The notes under the pieces were generated by a model that made no database searches, was not told where the DNA came from, and saw nothing but the letters and a program-made list of their open reading frames with translations. From the NCBI GenBank assembly GCA_000091205.1, contig AP006502.2: a stretch of 64,000 bases of DNA; one strand, written 5' to 3'. The DNA is from Cyanidioschyzon merolae. Taxonomy: Eukaryota. Position numbers and translations under genes: made by a program. Shown here piece by piece: positions 52,330 through 64,000 of this stretch; the stretch's first letter is position 1; each line of letters begins with the position of its first letter.

Positions 52330-55300
52330 GAGCTCGACGCTGAACTCCTGGGGAACTGTGTACGGGGCAAGAACGCGAACCTGCTCCCTGCGCCACACGC
52401 CAGCAGTTCGCAGCAACAGGTGGCATGGTGTCTAGGTCATGGGGACTGGACTCTACCGCGGCTCGATCTAGACATTCCGCAACAGACTTGGAACTATGAA
52501 CGTGATGGGGTATAAGTTGAGCGATATGATCCATACAGAGAGCGGAGGAGTACGCGAAGCGCAGCCATTGCGTAACGGACGACTTGAATCGATCGATATG
52601 AGCGGGTAACTAATCAGAAATGCGATCGGAATACTGAGCGAGTGATGATTCGGGTGCGAGTATTCCCCCAATAGACTCCAACATGTTCATGTGATTGGGT
52701 AACTCGTCGGGGGTATGGTGCGAATAGAGAGCCAAAGAGTGCGAAAGTGTTTCTGGTGATGATTCCCCAATAGAAGCAGGAGCGTGGTAAACTTTGTGTC
52801 CTCGTAGCCAGACTCTTATGCCGAATGCTTGACATTTTTCGAGAAAGCTTCAGAGCAGCTACTGCTCATGCTCGCAACGCGATAATTTTCCTGCTCTGGA
52901 GCGAAGAGGAAACACTCGAGAGCTAATGCGATCACAAGGGAACTTGAGCATGCACCGCATACACTCGGATTGGATGGTGTTATAGACACAGCGTGCCGGC
53001 ATTGTACGCAGAGCAGCAAAATCCCGAATACCTGCACCAGCACGCACTTTTCGTTTCCGTTCGTTTCTCCGCGCAGGTATTCAAGAAAACGACTGTCTCC
53101 TGTAGAGTGGAGAACGTTTGCCAAAGTGCTTCATGCTTTCAGTGGTAGCGTGCAAGCATACTGGGCTCACTTCCACGAATTCGTCATGCTGCAGTAACCA
53201 GGTAGATGAATCGCGCTTCTCGTTGTCCTTGTTCTGAACGTGGCGTACTGAAAACAGATCCCGTTGAATTCTATCTACAGAAATGTCTCCTCGTGAGCAA
53301 AGCCCATTCCATTTTTTTCTGAGAAATTCTATAAAACAGGCCGGAGCATATGACGCTTCCATGTCGTTGATGCGAACGGTGATGACGAGAAGCGGACAGA
53401 CAGAGAAAAACAAACCTCTATGCGGGACCATCGCGTATTGAACAAGACGCATTCGATTACGCCATGAAAGAGGAACGCATGCTGTACCAGAGACAGGTTT
53501 TCGTGTTCCTCACTGAGACCTGTTTCGTGAGAAATCTTAGACCCGTGTATGGGTGAACAAAGAGCAGCAATCCGTTGTTCTTGAACGAGATACAAGCGAG
53601 CATGGTGGCAAAAAAAACTGCCCTGGTGGCGATTCAGTCGATTGGTCACGTACCAGTCGCCAGTCGGACAGAATCGTTGAACACTTCCTCCTTTGTCAAA
53701 TCATGCCGTGTCGTCCACTTCGAATATTCTCCTGTCCCGCTCTTAGACAGCGTCAGTTTCCTTCACTCAGAAACTATCACAGATCATGCAGTTGAGACTG
53801 CGGTTGAGCTCCTCTTCGATTTGGATTATTCTCCCTGGCTAGATCCATTCAAAGGCGTCTTTTCCGTTTGCAAACGCCATTTCTGCGCACGCCGATCACT
53901 AGAGGAGTCCTTTGCATCCGCAAAACCGAAAGATTCAGTAAGGCATGAAGAATCGCGTAACTTGTGAATCGAGAACATCGCTCCTAGTCACACTTGCCTT
54001 CACGCTCCTTGTCAAGCGACCCATCGGACGCGTTCCGTACGCAGGGCTGCTAATTATCCACGTTCTTCGGAATTTTTTCAATGAAATCTTCGCAGAGCAG
54101 CATATATGATGCTCGGGGCTGTGGACGCAAATCGGTTTGGTCGAAGGTTCATAGATTCACATACACGAACACGCTTCCAAGCATCCCTTGAAGCGCTGCC
54201 GCGCCGCCTCGGCGACGGAAACAAATGTAACCGTTCAGGTGCCAGAAAGCATCGAACCGAGCTCAATAGTCATACGCTGTTCAATGTCGTGCAATTCAGT
54301 CTGCACACCCTATAGGCGTTGCACACTTAGCTTACTAGATCAGATAAGTTGAGAATAGTGTGCGGAATTCCTGGGCTGTAACCGGAGGCAAATAATCAGC
54401 TATGGGCCGGAGAGTTCCCAGTGGTTGCCAGTTCGGATGCGACGTCACGATAAAGACGCGAGTTGTTTCAGATCGTCCAAGCTCACTAGCTGCCCTTGGC
54501 CTCGGACGGACGGGTGTCGTATCCAAACGATACGTGAAACTTGATGGCTCCTTGCGCTGCATCTTGCAGTACAAGGTTCTTATGAAAAGAGTCCTCCCGA
54601 TCAGAGCAGACTTCCTCCCAGAATCCGAGCGCCCTCACCCCCTCAAGCATCTGTTCTGTGTGTGGTCCCGGTATCTCAGCTCAAGGCCGATGATATCAGC
54701 GCAGAGAGTTGCGAACTCTATGAACTGATCATTGAGTTGCACCTGATCACTGCGATTGAAAATGTAGCACTGGGACAACTTTAGAAAAGATCATTGGTGG
54801 AGCTCGTTCCCGACTTCTCGTGTACAGGATGGCAATGAAAAGAAGTTTGCATGAACGATTGAGACCAACAGAATATCCATATGTATGCCTCTCGTGAGAA
54901 CTACGCCTCAGTCGAACAACGAGACTCATTTTCAATCCTTCACCATCGATGAAGGGCAAGACACTCCGGTGGCCGTGGATCCCACGTTGCGTGGCGTTAT
55001 AGCCATCGCCATGCCTTTCAATCAAGGGTGACGCAGCACAAATTTGAACGGAGTGCAGCTGAAGCTGAAAAACTTCCACAGAGCTCGTTGTCGTCCGGGG
55101 TCGGACATGTTGGACAGCAGGAGCCGACGAGCAAATGGAATCGCGGCGTCAGGATCCATCTCGATGCTCTGAGCATCGTGTCCTGCAGAGGAGCATGCTT
55201 AGTGCGCTTCATTCTGAGAGTCTATGCGCGTCGAAGTTGCTCACATGATCGAAACCTGGCAGGAATGCATGGTATTGCGCTGGAGTCGCCCAAAGCTTTG

Positions 55301-56908
55301 GGTTTACGAACACAGGAAATGAGTATTCTCAAAATTCTTCTATGATTTCGAAAGGGAAATTACAGAAAGTTCACTTCGGTTGGTGGCAGCCGCTGACGCG
55401 CTACATGCTGTAGCGCGTCAGGATCGCTCGCCTGCTCCTTCAACAAGTGCGTACCATGAGTCATGCATCGATTCTATATGATTCCTTTCGATGCGTCCGG
55501 GACGACGTACAAGCATCACGAGCACGCAGGTATTGGTAGGAAAGAAAGCGGTGGTTCAGCCCCGGATGCACAAGATGGCGTGCGGCAAGCTTACCGAACG
55601 TCAGATGACGAGACGTTCCTATGTATGAGGCTTGATTCGATGCGATACGAATAGCAACCATGCACACAAGAACGTTCTACATCGAGGCTTGAACACCTCA
55701 ATCAACATCTGGGAACGAGTTGTACTTCCGGAGCGTACTGCGGCTTCGTGTCGAGCGATCATGAAACGTACTCGTTTCGTGCTCAGTATGAGCATTGTGC
55801 TGAATTGCTGCAGACTTTCGATGAAAATCTCGCCGGTCAAGAGAGATGGCGCAGGATTCTCGTCCAGAGCAAGGCACTGGTACGAAAAGGTCAGCAATCC
55901 AGAAACGCTGGTGCGCCATCCACAGCGATACCGGGAACGATATTCCTCGGTTAATGATGTACGATAATAGTATTCTCTTATTCGATGTTGCTGGGGTTTG
56001 TTGATGATCACGCTTTCGTGCAAACAGCGCATCCTTCGAGGACTCCATGCAGATCCCGGACTCCGCTCGTGTGAAAATCGGCGCTGCAACGTCCCATGTA
56101 GTGAGAAACTGCCCAGATAGAGCGTCCGATTTCGCTCAACTTGGTGTACACGAGTAGTTTCAACGGCAGGCATGGTGCACCAGGCAGCCTCGTCCAGCCT
56201 CTAGCCATACTATTGCGAAACCATTTATACAGGACAGAACAGCGCTCGCCCGGAGCCTAGTCTTGCGGCTGTAGACCGCTGAGCAGGACGATCGTGTGCA
56301 ACGACTTGAACGAGCGCGCCGGGTAGAGCTGTAGCATTCCAAGTGCGTTTGACGTTAAAATCCCATTAGTTCCTGGATATTCATCGGTTCAGTGCAATCC
56401 GGTGGTGCATATACGATCGTTGCGGGGCGATACTACACAGGACGCGTCTTGCGAGGACAAGCCATCTGGTCTCGTATGGTGCTATTTTGAACCTGCTTAA
56501 TGGTCTCGATGAAATTCGTGGCGCTCGCGGGTACGATATCCCACAGCAGTCATTCGCTGCATCAGGCTAAAGGTTTACAGTTTCGTGCGAAGCTACGTGC
56601 GCCTTGGATGAAGAGCGCACTCCGCGTCAATCACCACGGGTTTCACCCTCTAGAATACGATACATCCTATGCATTCGTTTAATATCGACAGTTCAGAACG
56701 AAGCTCGATCCCCGTGTTGCACACTCGATAGAGTAAGAAGCGCACAGTTGCGTCAATAGCGATATGCGTGATGCTACCCCTAACGACGCGAGGTGCACAG
56801 CGCATGGACATTGTCGTCCACTGATAGCGCTCTGGTTGTTTCAGCGCCGGGCGCTTCTGCCATAATGCGCGCCCTCGGGCATTGAGCAACGAAACGCTCT
56901 GGCACGAG

Positions 56909-58138
56909 TCACTGCCTCTTGGAAGCAGGCTTTGATGATTTGATTTTGAGTTTCTCTGAAACCGCGTCAGCACCGATCGCATCAGCGTTTGAAAGGCCCA
57001 TGAGTTTCTCAGTCTCTTCGTCAACTTTGCGCAACTGCGCGTTATCCTCCTGTAGTTTTTGTATCAGCGCCATTAACTGTGCCTTTTCTCGCTCCTGGCG
57101 CTCCAGCTGTGCCTTAAAATGTCGGATGAGTTCAGACATTTCGCGTTTCAACGTAAGGACCTCGATTTGGGCCTGGGCATTCTGCTCGCTTAGAACGCGA
57201 TTGCGCGCTTCCAGATCGTTCACCATGGCTCGGCGACGTTCACGGGAAGCGGCTGCAGCCTGGCGGTTTCGTTCCGCGCGTAGGCCATCGGGTACTCGGT
57301 CATTTGACGTAGCTTGCAACTGCTCGGCCGGCTCGCTTTCAAATCTCTTCCTGCTATCCAGGGCGTCAGCAGCGGTAACAGCTTCCGGGGCGCCACACGT
57401 TCGTGCCGAGTCTGACGCTGACCATGGACTTGGCTCTATTCGCTTCAGAGGGCTGGGCGATAAAAAGCTGGAGGCTGCCTCGTTCGCCACTGGTGCCTCC
57501 GTTTTAGTCTCTGACATCAATGGTCTTGTGGGGAGACGACCCATCGCGGGTCCAGCTGGATCATGTTCGGATCCGACATCCGAAACCACTCTCGCATCAA
57601 TCGCATTGTCCAGTGGAGTGTGAGGGCGTGGTCGTTTTGTGGCGCTGGCGGGTCGCTCGGCAACTTGGTTGCCTCCGAAGGAGCCCTCCTGACGGAGTAA
57701 CCTCACCAGTGGATCTTCGTCATCAACGAGTCCAGCAGAACTATTCTGCATCAGGAGTGTTGGCGATCCCAGTAGTTCCGTGGTCGTTGGCAAGCTGCGC
57801 AAATCTGTAAAAGGGAACTGAAAACTGAAATCGGACCCATTCAAGTTAAACGAAGTTGGCGGTGATAGGTTTTGCATGAAGTTCGGGAACGGATACCGTT
57901 GGCGCTGCGCTGCCGCCGCAGCCGCCACTGTGGCAACCGATGCAAGCTGCGCAAGCGCCGAGCTTGAACTTCCAAAGCTATCCGCGCTGCCGGGCGGGAC
58001 GTCTTCCCCGCTCCCTCGCTCAGGGAGCGAGCTCCCTTTCCTCGGAGTCTGTGTTGAGTTGCCCGGAAACGCCTGTGTTGCCAAGGACGCTCCGTCGTCA
58101 TCTTCAAAAACCGGGCCCCGCTGCCCACGAACGTTCAT
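56909..58138 (-). CDS. bZIP transcription factor
   Basis: Basic region RAERNRQAAAASRERRR (N-x7-R bZIP signature) followed by a heptad leucine zipper (LEARNRVLSEQNAQAQIEVLTLKREMSELIRHF). ATG at 58138. Confidence 0.6.
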   Translation of the reverse strand: MNVRGQRGPVFEDDDGASLATQAFPGNSTQTPRKGSSLPERGSGEDVPPGSADSFGSSSSALAQLASVATVAAAAAAQRQRYPFPNFMQNLSPPTSFNLNGSDFSFQFPFTDLRSLPTTTELLGSPTLLMQNSSAGLVDDEDPLVRLLRQEGSFGGNQVAERPASATKRPRPHTPLDNAIDARVVSDVGSEHDPAGPAMGRLPTRPLMSETKTEAPVANEAASSFLSPSPLKRIEPSPWSASDSARTCGAPEAVTAADALDSRKRFESEPAEQLQATSNDRVPDGLRAERNRQAAAASRERRRAMVNDLEARNRVLSEQNAQAQIEVLTLKREMSELIRHFKAQLERQEREKAQLMALIQKLQEDNAQLRKVDEETEKLMGLSNADAIGADAVSEKLKIKSSKPASKRQ

Positions 58139-60883
58139 CAGCAGCGGCCGAGCTTAGCCCGAAGCGCAGGCCCCGAGGTTGCGCTGTGTGCTCAATGCTT
58201 ATGCCGCCTCCCAGGTGCGTCTGTTGTGCAAGCGTGTTACGGGACGCCCAGAACCCTGGAAGCGCGCACGTCGAAGCGGCCAGCCCTTTTGGTCAAGTCC
58301 CGCTTTTCAAGTACACACTCTTCCGTGCGACGTGTTCGCCTATGCGGTACTGGCCAATACGAGATACGCCCTGGTCGAAGGCAACCGCTGCTGTCTGGCA
58401 AGCTACGCAGCCGTGATGGCGCTTTCGGTACGGCACGGCACGGCATGGCACGGATACCATCGTGTCGACGGTGCGTGTCTCGGTGGCTGCTGTCTCATCT
58501 GCATGTCACGTGACATTTCGTGCTGCGCAGGAGATTGCCGGCATTGCCTTCGGTGCCGGTACCTCGATCGTTGCCTGCATTCGTCCGGCATCTTTTCGGG
58601 CCGAACTTACGTGAATCTACCCAGGGAACTCTGAGATACACGTTAAAGCTGGCGCTCCTTGCTACTGTCACCAAATGGAGCATTTGTGAGCTTTGTTTCC
58701 GCGACTGCTTCGTTTTCATCTGCCTTTTCTCTGGATTTAAATGCGATGGGCTCTTCTGTCTCTCCAGCTCCGTTGTCAGCAGTTGAAGGATGTTAATGAC
58801 AGCGTTCGAGTCCCGACATAAGTGCCTCCAGCTGTTGTTGGTGCATATCATGCACAGGCGGCAGTTGTTATCCATGCCGAGCATTTCATTTTCAACTTGT
58901 TTTGCATAGCATCGGTGTGCATTTTACAGCGGTGACACCCGGTTGTGGTCGGGAGTTCACCTGGGTCCATCACAGCTCCTCCTCCGAGCATCGCCTTTTG
59001 GAACATAAAGGCTCAAGGCATCGCGCGGTATATGCGCCTGAACTATGCAGAAGGCCGCCATGGATGACTTTCTTCGTTTCTGGACGTGGTACCGTCCCTT
59101 ACGATCAGTGGCTCCCTCTGGGCGATACGTTCGTCGCGTACGCCGCCGGATGCTCGCTCATGGGGCCGCTGTTCGAAACGACGGAAGATTTGTGGAACGC
59201 GATGTCGTTCATGATGATGAGAAAGGCACCGGAAGGATTATCCATGCCGGAGACAACGAAAAAGTCAGATCCGTTGATGCGCCCTTCGCGCTACGCGGTA
59301 GCAAGCGTTCCACGCGAAGCGACCGATGGAATGACGAAGATGCGAGTCCCAGGCCCTTTTCCGTACAAACAGAAGAGACGATTGCCCCTGGAGGCATGTC
59401 TGGGGCGGTGTATCTTGCGGGCACGGAATACGGGGCTCCGACGGCCACAAAGAGAAGCGGAGCACCCTGTCAAACGGAGCCCCGTGTTTGACGTCACAAG
59501 TTCAGTGAACTTTTAGCATGGGCGTGTCAACAGGTCATCAAAGGACAAAGTCGATTGATTCTTGCTCGCCAATTCAGGGGCGCGATATGCTACGGCCTCG
59601 AGTTGCGTCCAAGCAGAACTATCGAATAGTTGAAGAATGCGTGATTTGCGCGTGCTTGACGTAAAGAAACGAAAGGTTTCGTTGCTTGTCCATATCCACT
59701 GAAGACTGGTATCGGTTGCTTCACGGACGCTAGTTCGTTGGCGTCACGAACCATCTCGATTCCACTTGCAGTAACGTATTCCAGCGGGAACGCGTCGAGG
59801 GGGCCTCTCCTATACGAGAATCGAGGATCCTAAAACTAAGTATGTATCCTAAAACCGCAACTGTTGCACTTCTAATGTCGATGTCGTACATCTGCAAGCA
59901 AGTTCCGGAACATCGAATGCCAGGAACAAAGCGAGCAATTCAACATTCCATATCTATCTGACACGGGATAGCATCTAAGGCACGACGCTACCACGCGTGC
60001 AACACGTTCCAGTACGCACAGCGCTATCCAGTACCATGCCAGATGGCGACCGACGGTCTGCATTTCGTGTGCGTTCAGGTGCAGCGTGCCGACGCCGATC
60101 GCACGGTCCGACCAAGATGCACAGGAACGTTCGGGTGCAATACGTCATCGGAAACATCGCATCGGTACACAAACGAGATCACCATGTGCTTCCCTAGGGT
60201 CGAAACTTTTCCCAAACGCCCCGTTTTCTTCCGTGTTCAATCAGGTCGCAAAGTGTCACGCAAGCAAGCTAGGCGGCGTCCTCGCGCCGCAGACACATGC
60301 AAAGGTGCTCAAGCGCGTCACTCTGAGCCTCTTCGAGAAGCTCTGCACGCCTGCGTCTACACCCTCAACTGATGCTGTGAATCATTTGCCACTGTCGCGA
60401 TTCCAAACGCACAAGCCACGCGTTTTCACAGGTTGAAATCATTGAATCTAACCGAATGCCAAGGTGTGCAGGTACTGCCTCTAGTGTCCGCGCAAGTCGC
60501 AGCTCCGCTACGGTCGCTTCTCGGTATGCTCAGCGTCAAACCCCTGTTGCCTGCTCGGAAAAATCCGTGTTTCGGGACCATGAGATCGTTCTCGCGAACG
60601 CTAAGATCGCTGATCACCCGAAAGTTTCAACATTCGGGACGGGATGCAAGCGTTAGACCCGAAGAACTACAGCATGGAAAAAGTTATCCATCAGTGCCTG
60701 GCACATGATCCACCGTGCCGGCTGATCGGTCGCGCCGATCCGCTCAACGGCAGGACGTTCGTGCCGCCCGGTGGCGTTTCCAGAATCCGGTGTATAAAGC
60801 GCCGTTGCCCAGACAAACTCGACCTGGCACTCAGGTGACCGGACAATTGTCGATTTTAGGGCAACTATAATTTTGCTTGACTT

Positions 60884-63130
60884 ATGGGAGGTGTCAGTGC
60901 GCACGAGCCGCCCGCAGCGTTTGTTATCGGTGCTTCTAGGAACAGGGTTCCGCAAGCGGACGGGACGCGTGCTTGCGTTTGGAAATCGAATTCAAGCTTC
61001 AGAGCGAGTAGGGTGCCTCGATTCAGGACTAGAATAACGTTATGGTGCGAATCAGATCGAGAAATCTTGAAGTACACTGGGAGCGAGGCGCCCCCAACCG
61101 CCAATGGCCACAACGCGCACACCGACTTGGGAGTTCAGCGTACCGGACAGGGTTTGATGTCGCACTTTCACGGGTCCAAGAACCCAGCACACTCCAACGG
61201 GCATCAACCCGTAGAACAAGGCATGAAGCACAGCGCTTCTGGGTTAAGCACGGGTCGAAGGGACGCTGGAACCGATGCGCAGCCCCGGCCGCCGGATGGT
61301 GCACCACCGCAGCAACGCGGCGCGCTGGAACCGGAACCGAACTCTCGTACAGGCGACTCGTCTGCGGTATCTGAGCGAGAGTCGATTTCGGTAACTCCCG
61401 ACGACTATTTGTCTGATTTACCAAGGAGCGTGGTCCTGGAGTCCTTGAGAGACGAATCGCTCAAGACGCTACTGTCTCCGTTGCCGAGGCCGGCACGCCT
61501 GCGGATAATTTTGATGGGGAAGCCCGCCTCTGGCAAAGGCACCCAGGCACCGCTTATCGCGCGTCGGTTTGGTATGGTCCACATATCATTGGGAACACTG
61601 TTGCGAAACGAGATACGCTCGAATACTGAACTCGGCCGCCTGACCAGCGAATATGTGCATCGTGGCGAGCTTGTTCCTGATGATCTTGCACTGGCTATCC
61701 TGAAAAAGCGACTCTCTCAAGAGGATTGCCGGAATAAGGGATTCATCTTGGATGGATTCCCCCGTACAGAGCGTCAGGCAGTTTTGCTTAATCGCGCCGG
61801 CATCGAGATCGACTACGTCATCGTACTCGAAAGACCTGACGAGGATTTGCTCGATTGGGCACGTGAGCGTCTCCTTGACCCGATTACGGGCATCATGTAT
61901 CACCCGCGGCTGGCGCCTCCGCCGCCGCACGTTGTTCACCGGCTCGAGCGCCGCTGCGACGATAAGCTGGAAATCGTGCACATGCGCTTGAGGCAGTATG
62001 CACAAGAGGCCCCAAAAATCATGGCCCAATATAGCGATCGACTTTCTATTGTGCGAACGGATAACACACGTCCGTACTTGGACACTTTTCGCGAGATCTC
62101 AGAGATTCTGGAACGCTTGATCCTCCCTCGAGACGATGAAGAGAAATGTGAAGTTCGTTTGGAAAGGACCGGCCTTTGGCGGCCGCGAGGCATACACCGC
62201 GTGGCACTTCCACGTGGCGCATTGTTCAAGGCCTTAGATTCGTTTGCACACCGCATAAGAGAGAGGGATTACGTACCGCTCTATGCGAGCACAGCTCAAG
62301 ATGCACCGCGGATCGGCCTTGTTGGACGCAACTGGGCCGCAGAGCTCCTATCCGCTGACACCGACCATGAAGTGTTTGACATTCAGCTGGAGACATGTTC
62401 AGTATTCGATGCCAGTGAGACCACAGACAGCGGATTTGTCCGTTTCCATGACGACGCTACGACGGAGAGACTGCAGCAAGTTATGCAGCGGATGCGAGAC
62501 CGCGGCCTCATCGAAGGTTGGCGAAACGAAAGGGTGCCGCTGCGGCTCGGTAATGGCCGGTACCTGGAAATTGAACGCGCCTGTATGCCGTACCTGGGCA
62601 TCGAGACGAGTGGTGTCCACATTAACGGCTACTTTTACAAAGCCGGACAAGACGGAAGACCGGAACTATTCGTGTGGCTGGCGCGTCGGTCTTGGAAAAA
62701 ACCGACATATCCGGGGCGCCTAGATCAGCTGACTGCTGGTGGTGTACCGGCCGCAGCGACCTCTGTGCTGCAGCAGGTCATGCTGGAGTTGTACGAGGAG
62801 GCGGCATATGTCGGTCCAGCGCCTGTCCCTGTCGGCTGTGTCCGCTACCGCTATGAGACGCGCAAAGGAATCTCAGCAAAAGTCCTGTATCTCTACGATT
62901 TAGAGCTTGAAGAGAACTGGAAACCCTACAACCATGATGGCGAAGTGGACGCGTTCTACGCTGTGAGCGCTGAGGAGGCGCTCGCGAGTCTAGTTGAGGC
63001 CCAGCATGAATGGAAGCCAAACTCGGCGCTGGTTCTCGTTGACTTTTTGGTTCGCCACGGTGTCTTGCATGCGGACAACGAACCGGACTATGCGGATATC
63101 ATAACTCGCTTGCACTGTTGCGGTATCTGA
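60884..63130 (+). CDS. adenylate kinase fused to a C-terminal DUF4743/Nudix-like domain
   Basis: AK P-loop IILMGKPASGKGTQ, FILDGFPRT, NMP/LID regions. C-terminal domain with a Nudix-box-like AGGVPAAATSVLQQVMLELYEEAAY in which E7, R15 and G22 of the consensus are substituted. ATG at 60884. The N-terminal ~200 aa are low-complexity. Confidence 0.7.
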   Translation: MGGVSAHEPPAAFVIGASRNRVPQADGTRACVWKSNSSFRASRVPRFRTRITLWCESDREILKYTGSEAPPTANGHNAHTDLGVQRTGQGLMSHFHGSKNPAHSNGHQPVEQGMKHSASGLSTGRRDAGTDAQPRPPDGAPPQQRGALEPEPNSRTGDSSAVSERESISVTPDDYLSDLPRSVVLESLRDESLKTLLSPLPRPARLRIILMGKPASGKGTQAPLIARRFGMVHISLGTLLRNEIRSNTELGRLTSEYVHRGELVPDDLALAILKKRLSQEDCRNKGFILDGFPRTERQAVLLNRAGIEIDYVIVLERPDEDLLDWARERLLDPITGIMYHPRLAPPPPHVVHRLERRCDDKLEIVHMRLRQYAQEAPKIMAQYSDRLSIVRTDNTRPYLDTFREISEILERLILPRDDEEKCEVRLERTGLWRPRGIHRVALPRGALFKALDSFAHRIRERDYVPLYASTAQDAPRIGLVGRNWAAELLSADTDHEVFDIQLETCSVFDASETTDSGFVRFHDDATTERLQQVMQRMRDRGLIEGWRNERVPLRLGNGRYLEIERACMPYLGIETSGVHINGYFYKAGQDGRPELFVWLARRSWKKPTYPGRLDQLTAGGVPAAATSVLQQVMLELYEEAAYVGPAPVPVGCVRYRYETRKGISAKVLYLYDLELEENWKPYNHDGEVDAFYAVSAEEALASLVEAQHEWKPNSALVLVDFLVRHGVLHADNEPDYADIITRLHCCGI

Positions 63131-63415
63131 GGAGATCCGTATTCTATGCGTGCTGCCGCTGAAACCAGAGGAGAACGATGTACGCTGTGCTTGCCCCTGC
63201 GCTGGTTGGCTTCGGCATATGAACCGAGGTCGCCTACAACTGTTTGGACTGACGTTTTCCCCCCGAAGTTTCCGCGTACTTGGTTCGTTTTGGCGGCAGC
63301 ACGAGCATCATGTTGAAGCAGTAGATCCTTCGTTGCTTCGCTTCTTACTGAGCGGTTTGGATCCACAAGTTTCCGAGTAAATGCTCAAGCGAGCGAGTTA
63401 TTTTAACGTGGTTAC

Positions 63416-63420
63416 AAAAA
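63416..63420 (-). terminator. Pol III T5 terminator downstream of tRNA-Lys
   Basis: aaaaa on the plus strand is TTTTT on the minus strand, ~7 nt after the tRNA 3' end. Confidence 0.5.
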
Positions 63421-63426
63421 GGTATA

Positions 63427-63499
63427 CACCGCCAAAGGGGCTCGAACCCTTGACCCGTGGATTAAGAGTCCACTGCTCTACCGACTGAGCTATGGCGGT
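63427..63499 (-). tRNA. tRNA-Lys (anticodon CUU)
   Basis: Reverse-complement ACCGCCATAGCTCAGTCGGTAGAGCAGTGGACTCTTAATCCACGGGTCAAGGGTTCGAGCCCCTTTGGCGGTG. A-box TAGCTCAGTCGG. Anticodon stem GTGGA/TCCAC with loop CTCTTAA. B-box GGTTCGAGCC. Close to eukaryotic tRNA-Lys-CTT. Confidence 0.9.
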
Positions 63500-64000
63500 A
63501 GTAGGAGATCTGGCGAGAATTTGATATATAAATAGGTTGGGGGTTTTGCGCGCAATTTGCGTGGCAAACGCACTGCTGCCAGCCATGATGTTGTCTCTTT
63601 TGTCTAGTATTCCATAGATGCGCGCCGTTGACGTCCGTGCGTTTGCGTTTTCCGGCTTTTGAACTCGATTATGTTCCAGCCCCGCTGCATGTAAAAGAGT
63701 GCTTTTTCGCAGTTCGTAGTGGGGGATCTGAATCGCTATGCAATTTTTTGTGTAGATCGTAGACGAATTGCCAGTAAGATATATTCCTCACTGAAACGTT
63801 CAAAGAGTACTGCATTCCTCCTTCAGTTCAATCATATCATAGTACACAGATAATTGAGGAATCTTGAAAGATGACAGATGCACTCCGCGCCAAAAACCGA
63901 TATTCCCACAGCGTCCATGCGGTCAACGGTAGACAACGACGCGTCGATCGCCTTACGAAAAGCGAAACCGACGATCATCGTCACCACGTGCGCATCAGAT

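Noticed and set aside
58902-59516. 204-aa plus-strand ORF in the 58.1-60.9 kb spacer
   Set aside because: No recognisable domain and an overlapping alternative-frame ORF (59045-59491) of similar size. Insufficient evidence to call a gene.
63398-63586. 62-aa minus-strand ORF
   Set aside because: It is fully explained by the tRNA-Lys gene it overlaps.
1-64000. Prokaryotic interpretation (operons, defence island, CRISPR array)
   Set aside because: The gene content is unambiguously eukaryotic (Naa10, proteasome alpha-7, exosome Rrp4, LSm14, ZNF598-like, Rheb, bZIP, eukaryotic-type tRNAs with Pol III terminators). There are no repeat-spacer arrays. The only tandem repeats are microsatellites, an in-frame 75-bp coding minisatellite and one 2-copy 100-bp duplication.

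Overview
This window is eukaryotic nuclear DNA, not prokaryotic. It is GC-rich overall, with genes on both strands and uninterrupted ORFs, so no introns are evident. Intergenic spacing is short, a few hundred bp to about 1.5 kb, except for a few lower-GC gene-free islands. The gene content points to a plastid-bearing, photosynthetic host: sedoheptulose-1,7-bisphosphatase, a PsbP-family lumenal protein with a twin-arginine signal, a plastid-type FabI with an N-terminal extension, and organellar HflX, MnmA and uL11. Ordinary housekeeping genes are also present (Naa10, mitochondrial phosphate carrier, proteasome alpha-7, exosome Rrp4, LSm14/Scd6, a ZNF598-like E3, a Rheb-like GTPase, a bZIP factor). 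A compact, intron-poor alga such as a cyanidialean red alga or a prasinophyte is a plausible host, but that is a guess. The six-frame ORF track accepts GTG/TTG starts, so many ORF N-termini are artefacts; I trimmed CDS starts to the first in-frame ATG and say so in the evidence. Two tRNA genes sit on the minus strand, tRNA-Val(CAC) and tRNA-Lys(CUU), each followed by a T5 Pol III terminator. The most interesting locus is at 11.0-13.7 kb. It is a TnpB/Fanzor-like RuvC-nuclease ORF on the minus strand with an RDVNAAVNI RuvC-III signature, a GADPG RuvC-I aspartate and a TS-x-T-HH...C zinc-ribbon remnant. The ORF has no ATG, its upstream N-terminal fragments are frameshifted, and an in-frame array of four 75-bp repeats encodes acidic 25-aa units. 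It is flanked by one copy of a diverged ~370-bp repeat at 13291-13665 whose paralogue lies 11 kb away at 1545-1910. The two copies are conserved in blocks, which reads like a structured RNA or element terminus and may be the guide (omega) RNA scaffold or end sequence of this Fanzor-like element. Other points worth a second look are several lower-GC gene-free islands of 2-4.5 kb, an adenylate-kinase fusion to a Nudix-like domain with a degenerate Nudix box, and an SBPase with no transit peptide.
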